Positions 8,892-17,989 of a stretch of DNA of 64,000 nucleotides are shown here, piece by piece (within the stretch, counting starts at the first letter, position 1; each line of letters opens with the position of its first letter). A program made the position numbers and the translations under genes. The notes beneath the pieces are model-generated. The model was given only the letters and a program-made list of their open reading frames with translations, had not been told where the DNA came from and searched no databases. Where the stretch lies: the NCBI GenBank assembly GCA_038998335.1, contig JAVZHQ010000001.1, positions 544,001 through 608,000 of the forward strand. The letters run 5' to 3'. The stretch is from Candidatus Aenigmatarchaeota archaeon (GTDB taxonomy: Archaea; Aenigmatarchaeota; Aenigmatarchaeia; CG10238-14; SCSR01).

Positions 8892-11435
8892 TTATCTCTT
8901 CTTTTTTGGCTTCTTTTTTAGTTCAACTTTTGGTTTCTCTTTAGGTTTAGGCTTCTCTTCAACTTTTGTTTGTAATTTTTTGGCTATTATTTTTGTGATG
9001 ATAAAAATAGCTAAAATAACAACTATTATTCCTAACCAGAAAACTAAAATTGGTAGTTTTCCCTCTTCAGGTTTTTCTTCGCAAATCCTTTCTTCTTCTG
9101 GTTTATTAGCTACAGTTCCACATCTATTCCTATCCATACAAACTCTTGTTTGTTTCCCTCCTATACATGCAGTCCATTCAGAACAAACCCAATCTTCTGT
9201 GCAAGGAGTAACTATAGGAACGCAAGCATGATTCTCGCATTTGTAGCCAGAAGCGCAAGCTTTATCATAATACTCGGCTTCTCCTACACAACATTCATAA
9301 GGACAAGTTTGCTTAGATTTTTCTCCTGCTATTGCAAAGTAGCTTAGCCCTGGACTAGAAGCTTCAAAGTAAATGTCCTCTGAATCCTCTCCTATTCTTA
9401 GAGTGTTAAGCTTTTCCCATCTGTAAGTGTACCTGTATAAAGCTATTGAATCGAGTTTTATGTTATTGGAGTTAATCCAAGATTTTTGAACTCTAAACCT
9501 AAGCTTAACTTCTGTTATGTTTTCGTCATGAATATTCTTCTTGTCAACTCTTATGTAGCGATAAACGTTAGCTAAAGCAGGAACTTCTTCTGGTTTTTCA
9601 TCTAGTTTTGTTATGTTTATTTGAACAGAAGTTACTCTATTTCTAACTGAAATAACTATTTGAGTAAAATCTATTCCTTCTGTTTTTTGTATGCTAACAT
9701 TAGCTTTGCTCATGGCTGCTATTAAAGGAATAAAGATAATAGCTTTTCCTGGAGTTGTTGATACTGTTGTTAGAGGAGCTCCTGCCCCTGGACCTAGAGA
9801 TGGTAGTGAAGGTGAAGGTGGTGAAGGTGCTACATATTCGTCGCTTAAAGGCCAGAAATCAACATTTTCTCCACAATCTACCCCAGGAGTACAAGGTTGC
9901 ATGTTTGATATGTTTAAAGCAGAATCACAGAACCCATCTTTATTGTTATCTGTACATATGTCGGAGTATCCGTCGTTAGTCGAATTTGTCCAGTAGTTAC
10001 CTCCTATATAGTTCCCAGGGGAGTGGATTCTTGTTCCTGATTGCTTTGTGGTATTCCAGAAATTTGGGAGTATAGTTGCCCCAGAAAGAAATACATTATC
10101 TGTATTGTTAAGTAAATTGTTAAACAGAAAGTTATTTTCTGAATATCCTATCTTTATACCATAGGAATTGTTTTGGATTATGCACGAATTTACTTTGTTA
10201 CTACTAGAATTTTGTATGTAAATTCCATTTTTGTTAGAACCAATTATCGAATTTATAACTTTATTATCGGGACTTTTAAAAAGATGGATTCCATAGTCTT
10301 CATTTGAAATGAATGTAGAATTGATGATAGTGTTTTTTGAACTATTAAAGAGAATTATACCATTTCTGTTATAGGAAGAATTAATATTAGTGAAGTTTGA
10401 ATTATCAGTTCTATGAACATATAGTGCGTTATTTTTTGTTGCTGGATAAGACTGAATTGTTACATTTATTATATTTGAATTGTCTGCGTTACATAGAACG
10501 AGTTCAGAAAGAACTTCATTAGTAAGAGTTACAGAAGAATTAAAATATTTTATCGGTGCACCTGTACCTTTAACATTTTCTAAATAGTTATTACATTCTG
10601 AATCTACGGAAGCAAAAATACTAAAATCAAATACCAAATTTCCTGAAAAAGTTGAATTGATGATTTTGTTGTTAGAGCTTGAATAGATTAATATACCATG
10701 ATTGGGGCTCGAAATACTTGTTATATCTTGGAGAGTATTGTCGTTCGCATGCATTATTAGAATGTTAGTAGTAGACCAATTTGTTACAGTACAATTTTTT
10801 ACAGTTATATTTGTACTTTCTTGAGAGGTTCGATTAATATAAATTCCAATTCCAAAGGATGCCGAAGCATTTCCTTTTATTGTGTGACCTTGACAATCTA
10901 GAATAACATTCTTGGCAGAAATGTTCATACATATTAACACTGATGATTCGATGTCATTATCTAAATAGTAAGTTGCTCCATCTTCGTCTAAGTCAGAGCA
11001 GCCAAACAAGTAAAATGGCGAGACTGCATCGATTATCACAGTCCTGTTGTTTTCAGCATATTCGTAAACTTCTTCTGTTTCGTTAAAACAATAAACATTC
11101 CATTCATAAGCACCATCTTCCAAATTTTCTAAGTAAATTCCGTTTTCTCCTTCAACGATTTCAGTTTGGTTTGTTTCGTTAGCAGCCCATTCACCGGTAA
11201 AATTTCCAAATAAAGTACAATTTTTAATTACTATAGAAGAATCATCCCATTCAACTTCAAAAGTAAAGTTTACATTTTTTGTGTTAACAACTTTATTGTT
11301 CTCAGGAGATAATAGGGTAACGTTTAAATCGTCTCTTAAGCCAGCATCAGGAAAAGCTTTTAAAACAAGAATTAGAAAGAACGAAAAGGAAAACAAGATA
11401 ATAAGAAAAAATTTACTTGAAATATTTAATTCCAT
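8892..11435 (-). CDS. Cell-surface protein: NosD/parallel beta-helix, PGF-pre-PGF-like domain, Cys-rich segment, C-terminal TM
   Basis: Signal peptide; LDCQGHTI.G; GI...SSNN.I.N repeats; GGNYW; ASSPGLSYFAI; TM plus Lys-rich tail. Confidence 0.85.
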   Translation of the reverse strand: MELNISSKFFLIILFSFSFFLILVLKAFPDAGLRDDLNVTLLSPENNKVVNTKNVNFTFEVEWDDSSIVIKNCTLFGNFTGEWAANETNQTEIVEGENGIYLENLEDGAYEWNVYCFNETEEVYEYAENNRTVIIDAVSPFYLFGCSDLDEDGATYYLDNDIESSVLICMNISAKNVILDCQGHTIKGNASASFGIGIYINRTSQESTNITVKNCTVTNWSTTNILIMHANDNTLQDITSISSPNHGILIYSSSNNKIINSTFSGNLVFDFSIFASVDSECNNYLENVKGTGAPIKYFNSSVTLTNEVLSELVLCNADNSNIINVTIQSYPATKNNALYVHRTDNSNFTNINSSYNRNGIILFNSSKNTIINSTFISNEDYGIHLFKSPDNKVINSIIGSNKNGIYIQNSSSNKVNSCIIQNNSYGIKIGYSENNFLFNNLLNNTDNVFLSGATILPNFWNTTKQSGTRIHSPGNYIGGNYWTNSTNDGYSDICTDNNKDGFCDSALNISNMQPCTPGVDCGENVDFWPLSDEYVAPSPPSPSLPSLGPGAGAPLTTVSTTPGKAIIFIPLIAAMSKANVSIQKTEGIDFTQIVISVRNRVTSVQINITKLDEKPEEVPALANVYRYIRVDKKNIHDENITEVKLRFRVQKSWINSNNIKLDSIALYRYTYRWEKLNTLRIGEDSEDIYFEASSPGLSYFAIAGEKSKQTCPYECCVGEAEYYDKACASGYKCENHACVPIVTPCTEDWVCSEWTACIGGKQTRVCMDRNRCGTVANKPEEERICEEKPEEGKLPILVFWLGIIVVILAIFIITKIIAKKLQTKVEEKPKPKEKPKVELKKKPKKKR

Positions 11436-11470
11436 AAATATTTTTTAAAAATTTGGGCTAATAAACATTT

Positions 11471-11893
11471 CTAAACCCTAAATTCTTCCCACTTTACCTT
11501 TTTTTCTTCAACTATTTCCTTAACTTTCTTCTGAGCTTGGGTAAGCCTGCTTTCTCCAGATTTCACTTCACAAAAAACTATTTGCCTTAAATTTTTTCCT
11601 TCAGAAGAAGAATAACCATCAAAAATTATTAGGTCTATTGGGTCGCCTAGCCATCTTATGTCATGAGCATCGTAAGGAAAATTCTCAAGAAAAGGTACAA
11701 GCTTTTCCAAAGCCTTTCCAGACAAAGCTCTTGCACTTCTTTTTATAGCATCTTCCCTTATTCTTTCCTCTTCCTTTTCCTTCCACTCTTTTATTCTTTG
11801 CTCAAACTTCATTTTCCACTCTCTATTCTTAAAAAGAAGGTAGAAAATTATGGCCAAAAGAAAAATTATTAAAACAAAAAGTAGCTCGCCCAC
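11471..11893 (-). CDS. Membrane-anchored Holliday-junction-resolvase-like PD-(D/E)xK endonuclease
   Basis: N-terminal TM; EKLVPF, LGDPIDLIIFDG, FCEVKSG..RLT. Confidence 0.85.
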   Translation of the reverse strand: MGELLFVLIIFLLAIIFYLLFKNREWKMKFEQRIKEWKEKEEERIREDAIKRSARALSGKALEKLVPFLENFPYDAHDIRWLGDPIDLIIFDGYSSSEGKNLRQIVFCEVKSGESRLTQAQKKVKEIVEEKKVKWEEFRV

Positions 11894-11922
11894 AATAATT
11901 TATTGGAAAACTTAGGATAAAT

Positions 11923-12384
11923 CTATAAGCCTAGAAAAGCTTTAAGCAAGTTGAAAATTCCAAATATTGATAGAAGAATTATTAGTCCTCCTATAAAAGA
12001 CCCTATGAAAATAGCAAGCAAAGATTTTTTCCAGTCAAGGTTTAAAAGCCAAGCTAAAGTGCTTGCAGTGTAGGTTCCGCTAAAAGGCGAAGGCAAGAAC
12101 ATTAGAAAAGCTATTCCTATTGTTCCGTATTTCTCGACATAAGGCTTTCCTTTGTTCCTTATTTTCTCCAAATATTTTCTAAAAATGCCTATTCTTGAAA
12201 GAAAAATTTCGTAGAAAAAGTTTAAACCAAAGAAAACCGGAAAGAACAAAAAACAATTAACTGCTATTGAAATAGAAAAAACTGTTATTGGGTCAAGACC
12301 TAAAGCTAAGCCTAAGGGTATTGCTCCGACTTGCTCAACAGTTGGGATTAGATTTGCAAGAATAACGTATAAAGTTTTTTCCAT
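11923..12384 (-). CDS. Small multidrug export-like membrane protein
   Basis: IPTVEQVGAIPLG, P.PFSG.YTA motifs; 4 TM. Confidence 0.75.
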   Translation of the reverse strand: MEKTLYVILANLIPTVEQVGAIPLGLALGLDPITVFSISIAVNCFLFFPVFFGLNFFYEIFLSRIGIFRKYLEKIRNKGKPYVEKYGTIGIAFLMFLPSPFSGTYTASTLAWLLNLDWKKSLLAIFIGSFIGGLIILLSIFGIFNLLKAFLGL

Positions 12385-12442
12385 GATTAAAATTTTGTTT
12401 GAAAGGTTAAAAGATTTTTTTATCTTTTAACAAAATAGAATA

Positions 12443-12997
12443 ATGCTCGAAAGTTTAATCGAAGCGATAAAATCCTTCATAATATCCTCTGGGGATTTTG
12501 GAATTTTTTTCGGTAATTTCTTGGCTTCAAGTATAATACCAATTCCTTCTGAAGCTGTTTTGTTTGTTCAAGGTGCTTCTGGTTTAGAAATAGTTAAAGT
12601 AACAATTCTAGGAGCAGTAGGTTCAACCTTGGGCTCCTTAGTTTGTTATTATCTTGGAAGATATGGAAGAAATTTTTTGGAAAAATATGGGAAGTACTTT
12701 TTTGTTTCTTCTGAAAAGTTAAAGTTTAGCGAGAAATGGTTTAAAAAATGGGGAAGCTATACTGTTTTGGTAAGCAGGATTATACCAGTAATTCCTTTCA
12801 AAATATTTTCAATAGCTTCCGGGATTTTAAAAATGAAGCTAAAAACTTATTTTATTTTAACTCTTATTGGCTCGTTTCCAAGATGCTTCTTACTTGCTTA
12901 CTTTGGCTTTTTAGCTTCTTCTAATATTTACCTTTCGATTTTGGCAATAGCAATTCTTTTTGCTGTTCCTGCTTTGATAGATAGAATAAAAAGATAG
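12443..12997 (+). CDS. DedA/VTT domain membrane protein
   Basis: IPIPSE, GSTLGS..YYLGR.G, WF.KWG..RIIP. Confidence 0.85.
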   Translation: MLESLIEAIKSFIISSGDFGIFFGNFLASSIIPIPSEAVLFVQGASGLEIVKVTILGAVGSTLGSLVCYYLGRYGRNFLEKYGKYFFVSSEKLKFSEKWFKKWGSYTVLVSRIIPVIPFKIFSIASGILKMKLKTYFILTLIGSFPRCFLLAYFGFLASSNIYLSILAIAILFAVPALIDRIKR

Positions 12998-13113
12998 CCC
13001 CGAGCGGATTCGAACCGCTGTCACGAGGGTTCTTCCTCATCTTTTTTCAGAGCTTTGATGAGACCAAAGCCTTATACTAAGCTTCGTATGCTTGGCCGCT
13101 GCACCACGGGGCT
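12995..13113 (-). tRNA. tRNA-Gln(TTG) with two introns (29/30: 13072-13083; 37/38: 13030-13063)
   Basis: AGCCCCG/CGGGGCT acceptor stem, T-arm AGCGG-TTCGAAT-CCGCT; CGAGG/CCTCG anticodon stem after removing a 12-nt and a 34-nt intron; the 37/38 intron forms a clean BHB and the 29/30 intron a BHL. Confidence 0.9.
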
Positions 13114-13160
13114 TTTCGAAACTTATAATTAATAAAGAAAAAGAAAATAAAAATTTTTTC

Positions 13161-13316
13161 CTAGCTTATTTTTGGAATAAACTGAATCGCAGGAACAAGT
13201 TCACAATCAAAATTATTGCAGTATATTACGTAAGAAAGGCACAAATCCAAAACGAAAAATATGAATAGCAAAATTACAAAAGTTAAAAAAACTTTAAGGC
13301 TTGTTCCAGCTTTCAT
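13161..13316 (-). CDS. Small 51-aa membrane protein (below ORF track cutoff)
   Basis: MKAGTSLKVFLTFVILLFIFFVLDLCLSYVIYC...; GGAGGT upstream; overlaps the end of the upstream wHTH gene. Confidence 0.55.
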   Translation of the reverse strand: MKAGTSLKVFLTFVILLFIFFVLDLCLSYVIYCNNFDCELVPAIQFIPKIS

Positions 13317-13539
13317 TTACCTCCCTCATACCTTTTTGAGTTATTGCATAGCAAGTTTTACCTATAACTTCAACATAAGTTACTAAACCTTTATCTATTA
13401 AAAGCTTAACTATTGTCTCAACTGTAGAAACAGGATTTTCTACCTTTTTTTCCAAAAATAAGACCAATTCTTCCTTTTTTACAAGCATTTTCCTTGCTAT
13501 TTCCTCTAAAACCTCTTTTTCTAACCCATCTTGAATCAT
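13294..13539 (-). CDS. Small winged-helix protein
   Basis: LIDKGLV...YAITQKG wHTH wing signature. Confidence 0.7.
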   Translation of the reverse strand: MIQDGLEKEVLEEIARKMLVKKEELVLFLEKKVENPVSTVETIVKLLIDKGLVTYVEVIGKTCYAITQKGMREVNESWNKP

Positions 13540-14073
13540 TTATACCACTAAATCTCTTTTAAGTTGCATGGCCTTTTCTTTTCCCAAAAGTTTTTCAACA
13601 ATTTTTAAAGCAAACTCTATTGCAGTACCAGGAGCTTGAGAAGTTATTACATTTTTATCAACAACAACTCTTCCTTCTCTTGGATGAGGCAACTCTTTTT
13701 CCATTCCAGGATAAATTGTTGCTTCTTTATCCTCTAAAACTCCTGCCTTTGCAAGAATAGAAGGAGAAGCACAGATTGCAGCTATGAGCTTATTTTTTTC
13801 ATCAAAGTTTTTTATTATCTCGATAATCTTCTGGCTTTTCCCCAAGTTTATATAGCCTGGGTTTCCTCCTGGCAAAACTATTCCATCATAATCTTCAGGA
13901 TTAATTTCATCTAGCCTTTTGTCAGCCATTACGCTTATTCCTCTTGCGCTTTTGATTACTGTTCCCACTACACCTACAGTATCAACCTTAATTCCTGCCC
14001 TTCTTAAAATGTCTATAATAGCGAAAGCTTCTATTTCCTCAAAACCCTCAGCTAAGGGAACTAGGATTTTCAT
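13540..14073 (-). CDS. DJ-1/ThiJ family protein
   Basis: GFEEIEA...DILRRAG, VLPGG, AAICASP, ITSQAPGTA. Confidence 0.92.
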   Translation of the reverse strand: MKILVPLAEGFEEIEAFAIIDILRRAGIKVDTVGVVGTVIKSARGISVMADKRLDEINPEDYDGIVLPGGNPGYINLGKSQKIIEIIKNFDEKNKLIAAICASPSILAKAGVLEDKEATIYPGMEKELPHPREGRVVVDKNVITSQAPGTAIEFALKIVEKLLGKEKAMQLKRDLVV

Positions 14074-14088
14074 ATAAATAATTTGGTT

Positions 14089-14616
14089 TTATGAGGTTAA
14101 TACTTTTGCTATTTCCTTGCCGAATTCTTCTGCAGCTTCTGGACCAGAAGCAGTTATTATATTTTCATCTCTAACAACGCTTTCTTCTAAATATTCTACC
14201 CCTGCTCTTCTAAACTCTGCTAAGACAAAATCTGCAGGAAAAGCTGTTGCTTTTTTTCCTTTCAAAATTCCTGCCTTTGTTAAAACATAAGGAGCAACAC
14301 AAATTGCAGCTATTAGCTTTTTCTGCTCAAAAAATTTTCTAACTAAGTTTAAAACTTCTGGATACTCTGCAAGCTTTGGACTTCCTGTTCCCCCTGCTAT
14401 TATCAAAGCATCGTATTCGTTAGGGTTTACCTCTCTAACTGTTATTTCTGGTTTTACTTTCATTCCCAACATACCTCTTGCCTCTTCTTTTGTTATGCTT
14501 GCAACAGTAACTTTTATTCCTCTTTCCTCCAAAATTTTCTTCGGAATTTTTAATTCTTCATCTCTAAAATTTTGCTGGGCTATTATGTAAAGGGTTTTTT
14601 TCATGTTTTTCACCAT
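14089..14616 (-). CDS. DJ-1/PfpI family protein
   Basis: FRDEEL..P, IAGG.G, AAICVAP, ITASGP. Confidence 0.9.
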   Translation of the reverse strand: MVKNMKKTLYIIAQQNFRDEELKIPKKILEERGIKVTVASITKEEARGMLGMKVKPEITVREVNPNEYDALIIAGGTGSPKLAEYPEVLNLVRKFFEQKKLIAAICVAPYVLTKAGILKGKKATAFPADFVLAEFRRAGVEYLEESVVRDENIITASGPEAAEEFGKEIAKVLTS

Positions 14617-14645
14617 TATATACTTTAAAGAATTAATTGATATTT

Positions 14646-15134
14646 ATGTTAGAGACTTTTCTCTCCCAAGCTTTAGAGTGGATAAGAGTTTTTTCCTATC
14701 CTGCAATATTTTTTGTAAGTTTTCTTGGAACTTCAACCATTTTCTTACCTTTCCCTATTTACTTGATAATTTTCTTTTCAAAAGAACTTGGGCTACATCC
14801 TTTTCTTGTTGGAATGTTAGCAGGAATTGGTTCAGCACTAGGAGAATTTACTGGCTATGGAATAGGTTATGGAGGAAGAAAACTTTTAAAGAAAAAAAGC
14901 AGATGGCTCAAAATTGCAGAAGCTTGGTTTAAGAGAAACGGCTTTATAACAGTTTTTATCTTTGCCTTAACTCCTTTACCAGATGATGTTGTGGGAATAA
15001 TAGGAGGAATTACAAAGTATGATGTAAAAAAATTTTTTATCGCTTCTTTACTTGGAAAAACCTTGCTTTGTTTGAGTATTTCTTATCTAGGGTATTTAAT
15101 TCTTCCTCACTTAGAAGGTGTACCTTTGCTATGA
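14646..15134 (+). CDS. DedA/VTT domain membrane protein
   Basis: GSALGE..GY.IG.GG, FALTPLPDD; ATG at 14646. Confidence 0.85.
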   Translation: MLETFLSQALEWIRVFSYPAIFFVSFLGTSTIFLPFPIYLIIFFSKELGLHPFLVGMLAGIGSALGEFTGYGIGYGGRKLLKKKSRWLKIAEAWFKRNGFITVFIFALTPLPDDVVGIIGGITKYDVKKFFIASLLGKTLLCLSISYLGYLILPHLEGVPLL

Positions 15135-15475
15135 AGCTTAAGCAAGTTATTATAGTTAGAAAAGATTTGGAAATAGGAAAAGGGAAGCTTGCAGCTAGCG
15201 TTGCTCATGCTTCTGTGGCATGTGTAAGAAAAAGCGAGAAAAAAACAATTGAAGAATGGGAAAAGCAAGGATCAAAAAAAATTGTTTTAAAAGTTAGTAG
15301 TTTAAAAGAACTAAAGAAAATTTATAAAAAAGCTAAAGATTCTGGTCTAGTTTGTTTTTTGGTTAAGGATGCAGGTTTAACCCAAGTTAAAGCAGGAGAA
15401 ATTATTTGTTTGGGGATAGGCCCTGCTGATGAAAAAGAAATAGATAAGATAACTGGAAAATTAAAGCTTCTTTAG
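15131..15475 (+). CDS. pth2: Peptidyl-tRNA hydrolase Pth2
   Basis: KQVIIVRKDL...GKLAA.VAHA, KIVLKV, DAGLTQ, GIGP, ITGKLKLL. Confidence 0.95.
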   Translation: MKLKQVIIVRKDLEIGKGKLAASVAHASVACVRKSEKKTIEEWEKQGSKKIVLKVSSLKELKKIYKKAKDSGLVCFLVKDAGLTQVKAGEIICLGIGPADEKEIDKITGKLKLL

Positions 15476-15477
15476 GA

Positions 15478-16134
15478 TTAACACTTAAGATACTTTTCCA
15501 GTTCTTCTTTTGGAGTTAACCCTTGAAAAACTTTTTCGTCAATAATCACAGAAGGATAAGTTGTGACGTTAAACCTTTTTGTTAAATAATCTACAACCAA
15601 CAAATCAACATCTGCAGTGAGCGGAACTAGCATCATTTTTCTTCCGCATTTTTCTTTTAAATCAAGCAAAATTGCTGATTGTAGTTTATTATTAATTTCT
15701 TCTTCACTTGTTAAATTTTTCTTTTTAAACAAGTGAATAACAATACTATAATCAAGCTTACACCTTTCTTTAAGCTCGATGGAACCAAAAAGAAACTGAA
15801 CTTGGAGCAGAGTATACCTTCTCCACTCTTGCTCAAGCTCAGGAGTAAACCTGCTTGCTTCTATAGCTTGCTCTATAACTTTCCCATAACTATAAATTTT
15901 TTCGTTGTACTCTAAATTTTCCTCAAAAGCTAAATCACAGTTGTTTTTTTCAAGGTTAATAAAGTAGTAGTTTAACAATCTGGCATCATTCCATCTTATC
16001 TCACTTTCGCTTATGCTTTTTCTTATGCCTGACAACCTATAATTTTCAACTATTATTCCTATCATTAACCCTATGAGGAAAATTAAGACAGTGAAAATTG
16101 TTGGAGCATAATGAATACTTACTTTGTAAACCAT
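15478..16134 (-). CDS. Membrane-anchored hypothetical protein, possible thioredoxin-like C-terminus
   Basis: N-terminal TM; FNVTTYPSVIID...GL motif; start at 16134 overlaps the GT2 stop. Confidence 0.6.
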   Translation of the reverse strand: MVYKVSIHYAPTIFTVLIFLIGLMIGIIVENYRLSGIRKSISESEIRWNDARLLNYYFINLEKNNCDLAFEENLEYNEKIYSYGKVIEQAIEASRFTPELEQEWRRYTLLQVQFLFGSIELKERCKLDYSIVIHLFKKKNLTSEEEINNKLQSAILLDLKEKCGRKMMLVPLTADVDLLVVDYLTKRFNVTTYPSVIIDEKVFQGLTPKEELEKYLKC

Positions 16135-17351
16135 CTTCTTTCTCCTTTTAAGTACTTGTAAGCTCCGATAATAAGAATAATTGGGGCAAGAAAAGCATAA
16201 ATAGTTATGAAGCATAGCAGTTCAAAAAAATTTAACTTGTAACTATGCTGCTTAAGAGATATTCTAAGCCAAACCATAGCTAAGAGAAAGGTTATAACTC
16301 CTAGTATAAACTTAATGTCTGGGTTAAAAACAAGCTCCCATCTTGTAAAAGGGTTAAGACCTAAGGAAAAGCTTTTACCAAGAAAAGTTAGAAAGTCAAA
16401 AGTGCTTAACCCTAATAAAACCATGAATATTCCTATACCAACAAAACTACCTAAGTAACCAAGAATAGAAAATGGTAGAAGAAAAGTCCCTAGGCCATAA
16501 CTCTTTTTATTTAAAGATTTTACATGTTTAAAAAGGGTTTGAAAACCACCGATAGTCCACCTTACTCTTTGCCTTAGCCATTTTTTGAAGTTAGAGGGAA
16601 CAAAAGAATAAACCTTAGATTCTAGGCTCATCCTTATTTTATAACCATAGGCTATTATTCTCCAGGCAATTTCTATATCTTCTGTTAAGTTTTCCTCGTC
16701 AAAATATCCTATTTTTTCAAGAACGTTTTTTCTGTAAACAGACATTGCTCCAGGGGTTGCTCCTATAACATTGGGAAACTCTTCAGCCTTTCTCATAGAA
16801 GCTGTAAACATATACTCTAGAGACTGCATCCTTTCGAAAAAAGTTTTTTTTCTCGCTATCAAAACAGTAGAAGTTACTGCAGCAACATCTTTATCAAAGT
16901 ATTTCATACAGTTTAACAAAGCGTCCTTTTCCAAGAAAGAGTCAGCATCAATAACAGCTACAAAATTATTCTTAGACTTCTTTACTCCAAAGTTTAGGGC
17001 AGAAGCTTTTCCTCCTCTACTTTTTTTGAAAACTTTTACTCGCTTAGAAGCAAACTTTTTAGCTATTTCATAAGTTTTATCAGTGCTTCCATCATCAACT
17101 ACAATAATTTCAAGCTTATTTTTTGGATAGTTTATTTCTTTCAACTTCTTAATAGTTTTACCTATTATTTTCTCCTCGTTGTAAGCAGGAACTACTATGG
17201 AAACTCCTGGTAAATTTTTTTCCCTTATTTTCTTTTTACCAGCAAACTTTTCTCCTTCAAACCAGTAAAACAGGTGAAAGACAATGTAATAAGCTGAGAA
17301 AAAAAGCAAGAATATGTAGATTATTTCAAAGATTATTAGCATTTCATTCAA
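16119..17351 (-). CDS. Processive glycosyltransferase family 2 (cellulose synthase/PgaC-like)
   Basis: VPAYNEE, DDGSTD, GKASALN, DAD, LTED, QRVRW; flanking TMs. Confidence 0.9.
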   Translation of the reverse strand: MNEMLIIFEIIYIFLLFFSAYYIVFHLFYWFEGEKFAGKKKIREKNLPGVSIVVPAYNEEKIIGKTIKKLKEINYPKNKLEIIVVDDGSTDKTYEIAKKFASKRVKVFKKSRGGKASALNFGVKKSKNNFVAVIDADSFLEKDALLNCMKYFDKDVAAVTSTVLIARKKTFFERMQSLEYMFTASMRKAEEFPNVIGATPGAMSVYRKNVLEKIGYFDEENLTEDIEIAWRIIAYGYKIRMSLESKVYSFVPSNFKKWLRQRVRWTIGGFQTLFKHVKSLNKKSYGLGTFLLPFSILGYLGSFVGIGIFMVLLGLSTFDFLTFLGKSFSLGLNPFTRWELVFNPDIKFILGVITFLLAMVWLRISLKQHSYKLNFFELLCFITIYAFLAPIILIIGAYKYLKGERRWFTK

Positions 17352-17919
17352 CCGTTATGTTTAAGCCAATCATAATTAATTTTATTGTAACTAAATCGAA
17401 ATCAGAATAATCTTTTGCTTTAACGAATATCACACGATCTTTTAGCTCGATCAAGGTTTCGTTAGAATAAACTGGATGGACCAAAGCTATTACAAGATTT
17501 TCTTGAGTGCCAGAAAGGTTTTCATAAGATTCTACTTCTAAGCCATTAAAATTTGGCTTCATGTTTTTAATTTTGTAAGCTAGATAAAGTTTTTGAATCA
17601 TTTCTGATTCTTCTACTATATAATAAGGGTTTTCTTTTTCCCCTGCTGACTTAAAAGCTATTGTTATATTTTTTAAGTCAGAGTTGAAAAGCTCTTGATA
17701 AATTGCTTCTTCAGAAGGGTAAGCTTTTATTTTTTGAGCTTCCCTTAAGTCTGCTCTAAATTCAAGAAAATAGCCATTATAAATCAAAGAAGTTATGGGT
17801 TTTTTAGATTCTCGATAGTTTAAGTAGCTTATTAAAATTGCTACTAGAACACAAAATACTGCAAGAAATATTAACCTATTCTTAGAAATTTTCAACTTTA
17901 TTTTTCCATCCATTTCCAT
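17344..17919 (-). CDS. Membrane-anchored hypothetical protein
   Basis: Single N-terminal TM; lies between the S-layer and GT2 genes. Confidence 0.65.
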   Translation of the reverse strand: MEMDGKIKLKISKNRLIFLAVFCVLVAILISYLNYRESKKPITSLIYNGYFLEFRADLREAQKIKAYPSEEAIYQELFNSDLKNITIAFKSAGEKENPYYIVEESEMIQKLYLAYKIKNMKPNFNGLEVESYENLSGTQENLVIALVHPVYSNETLIELKDRVIFVKAKDYSDFDLVTIKLIMIGLNITVE

Positions 17920-17989
17920 CAGAATTAAATTACATTTCAAAAATAAAAAAGGAAAAAAGCCGTCCAAAAGTTTTTCAAGGCTGCGATTT

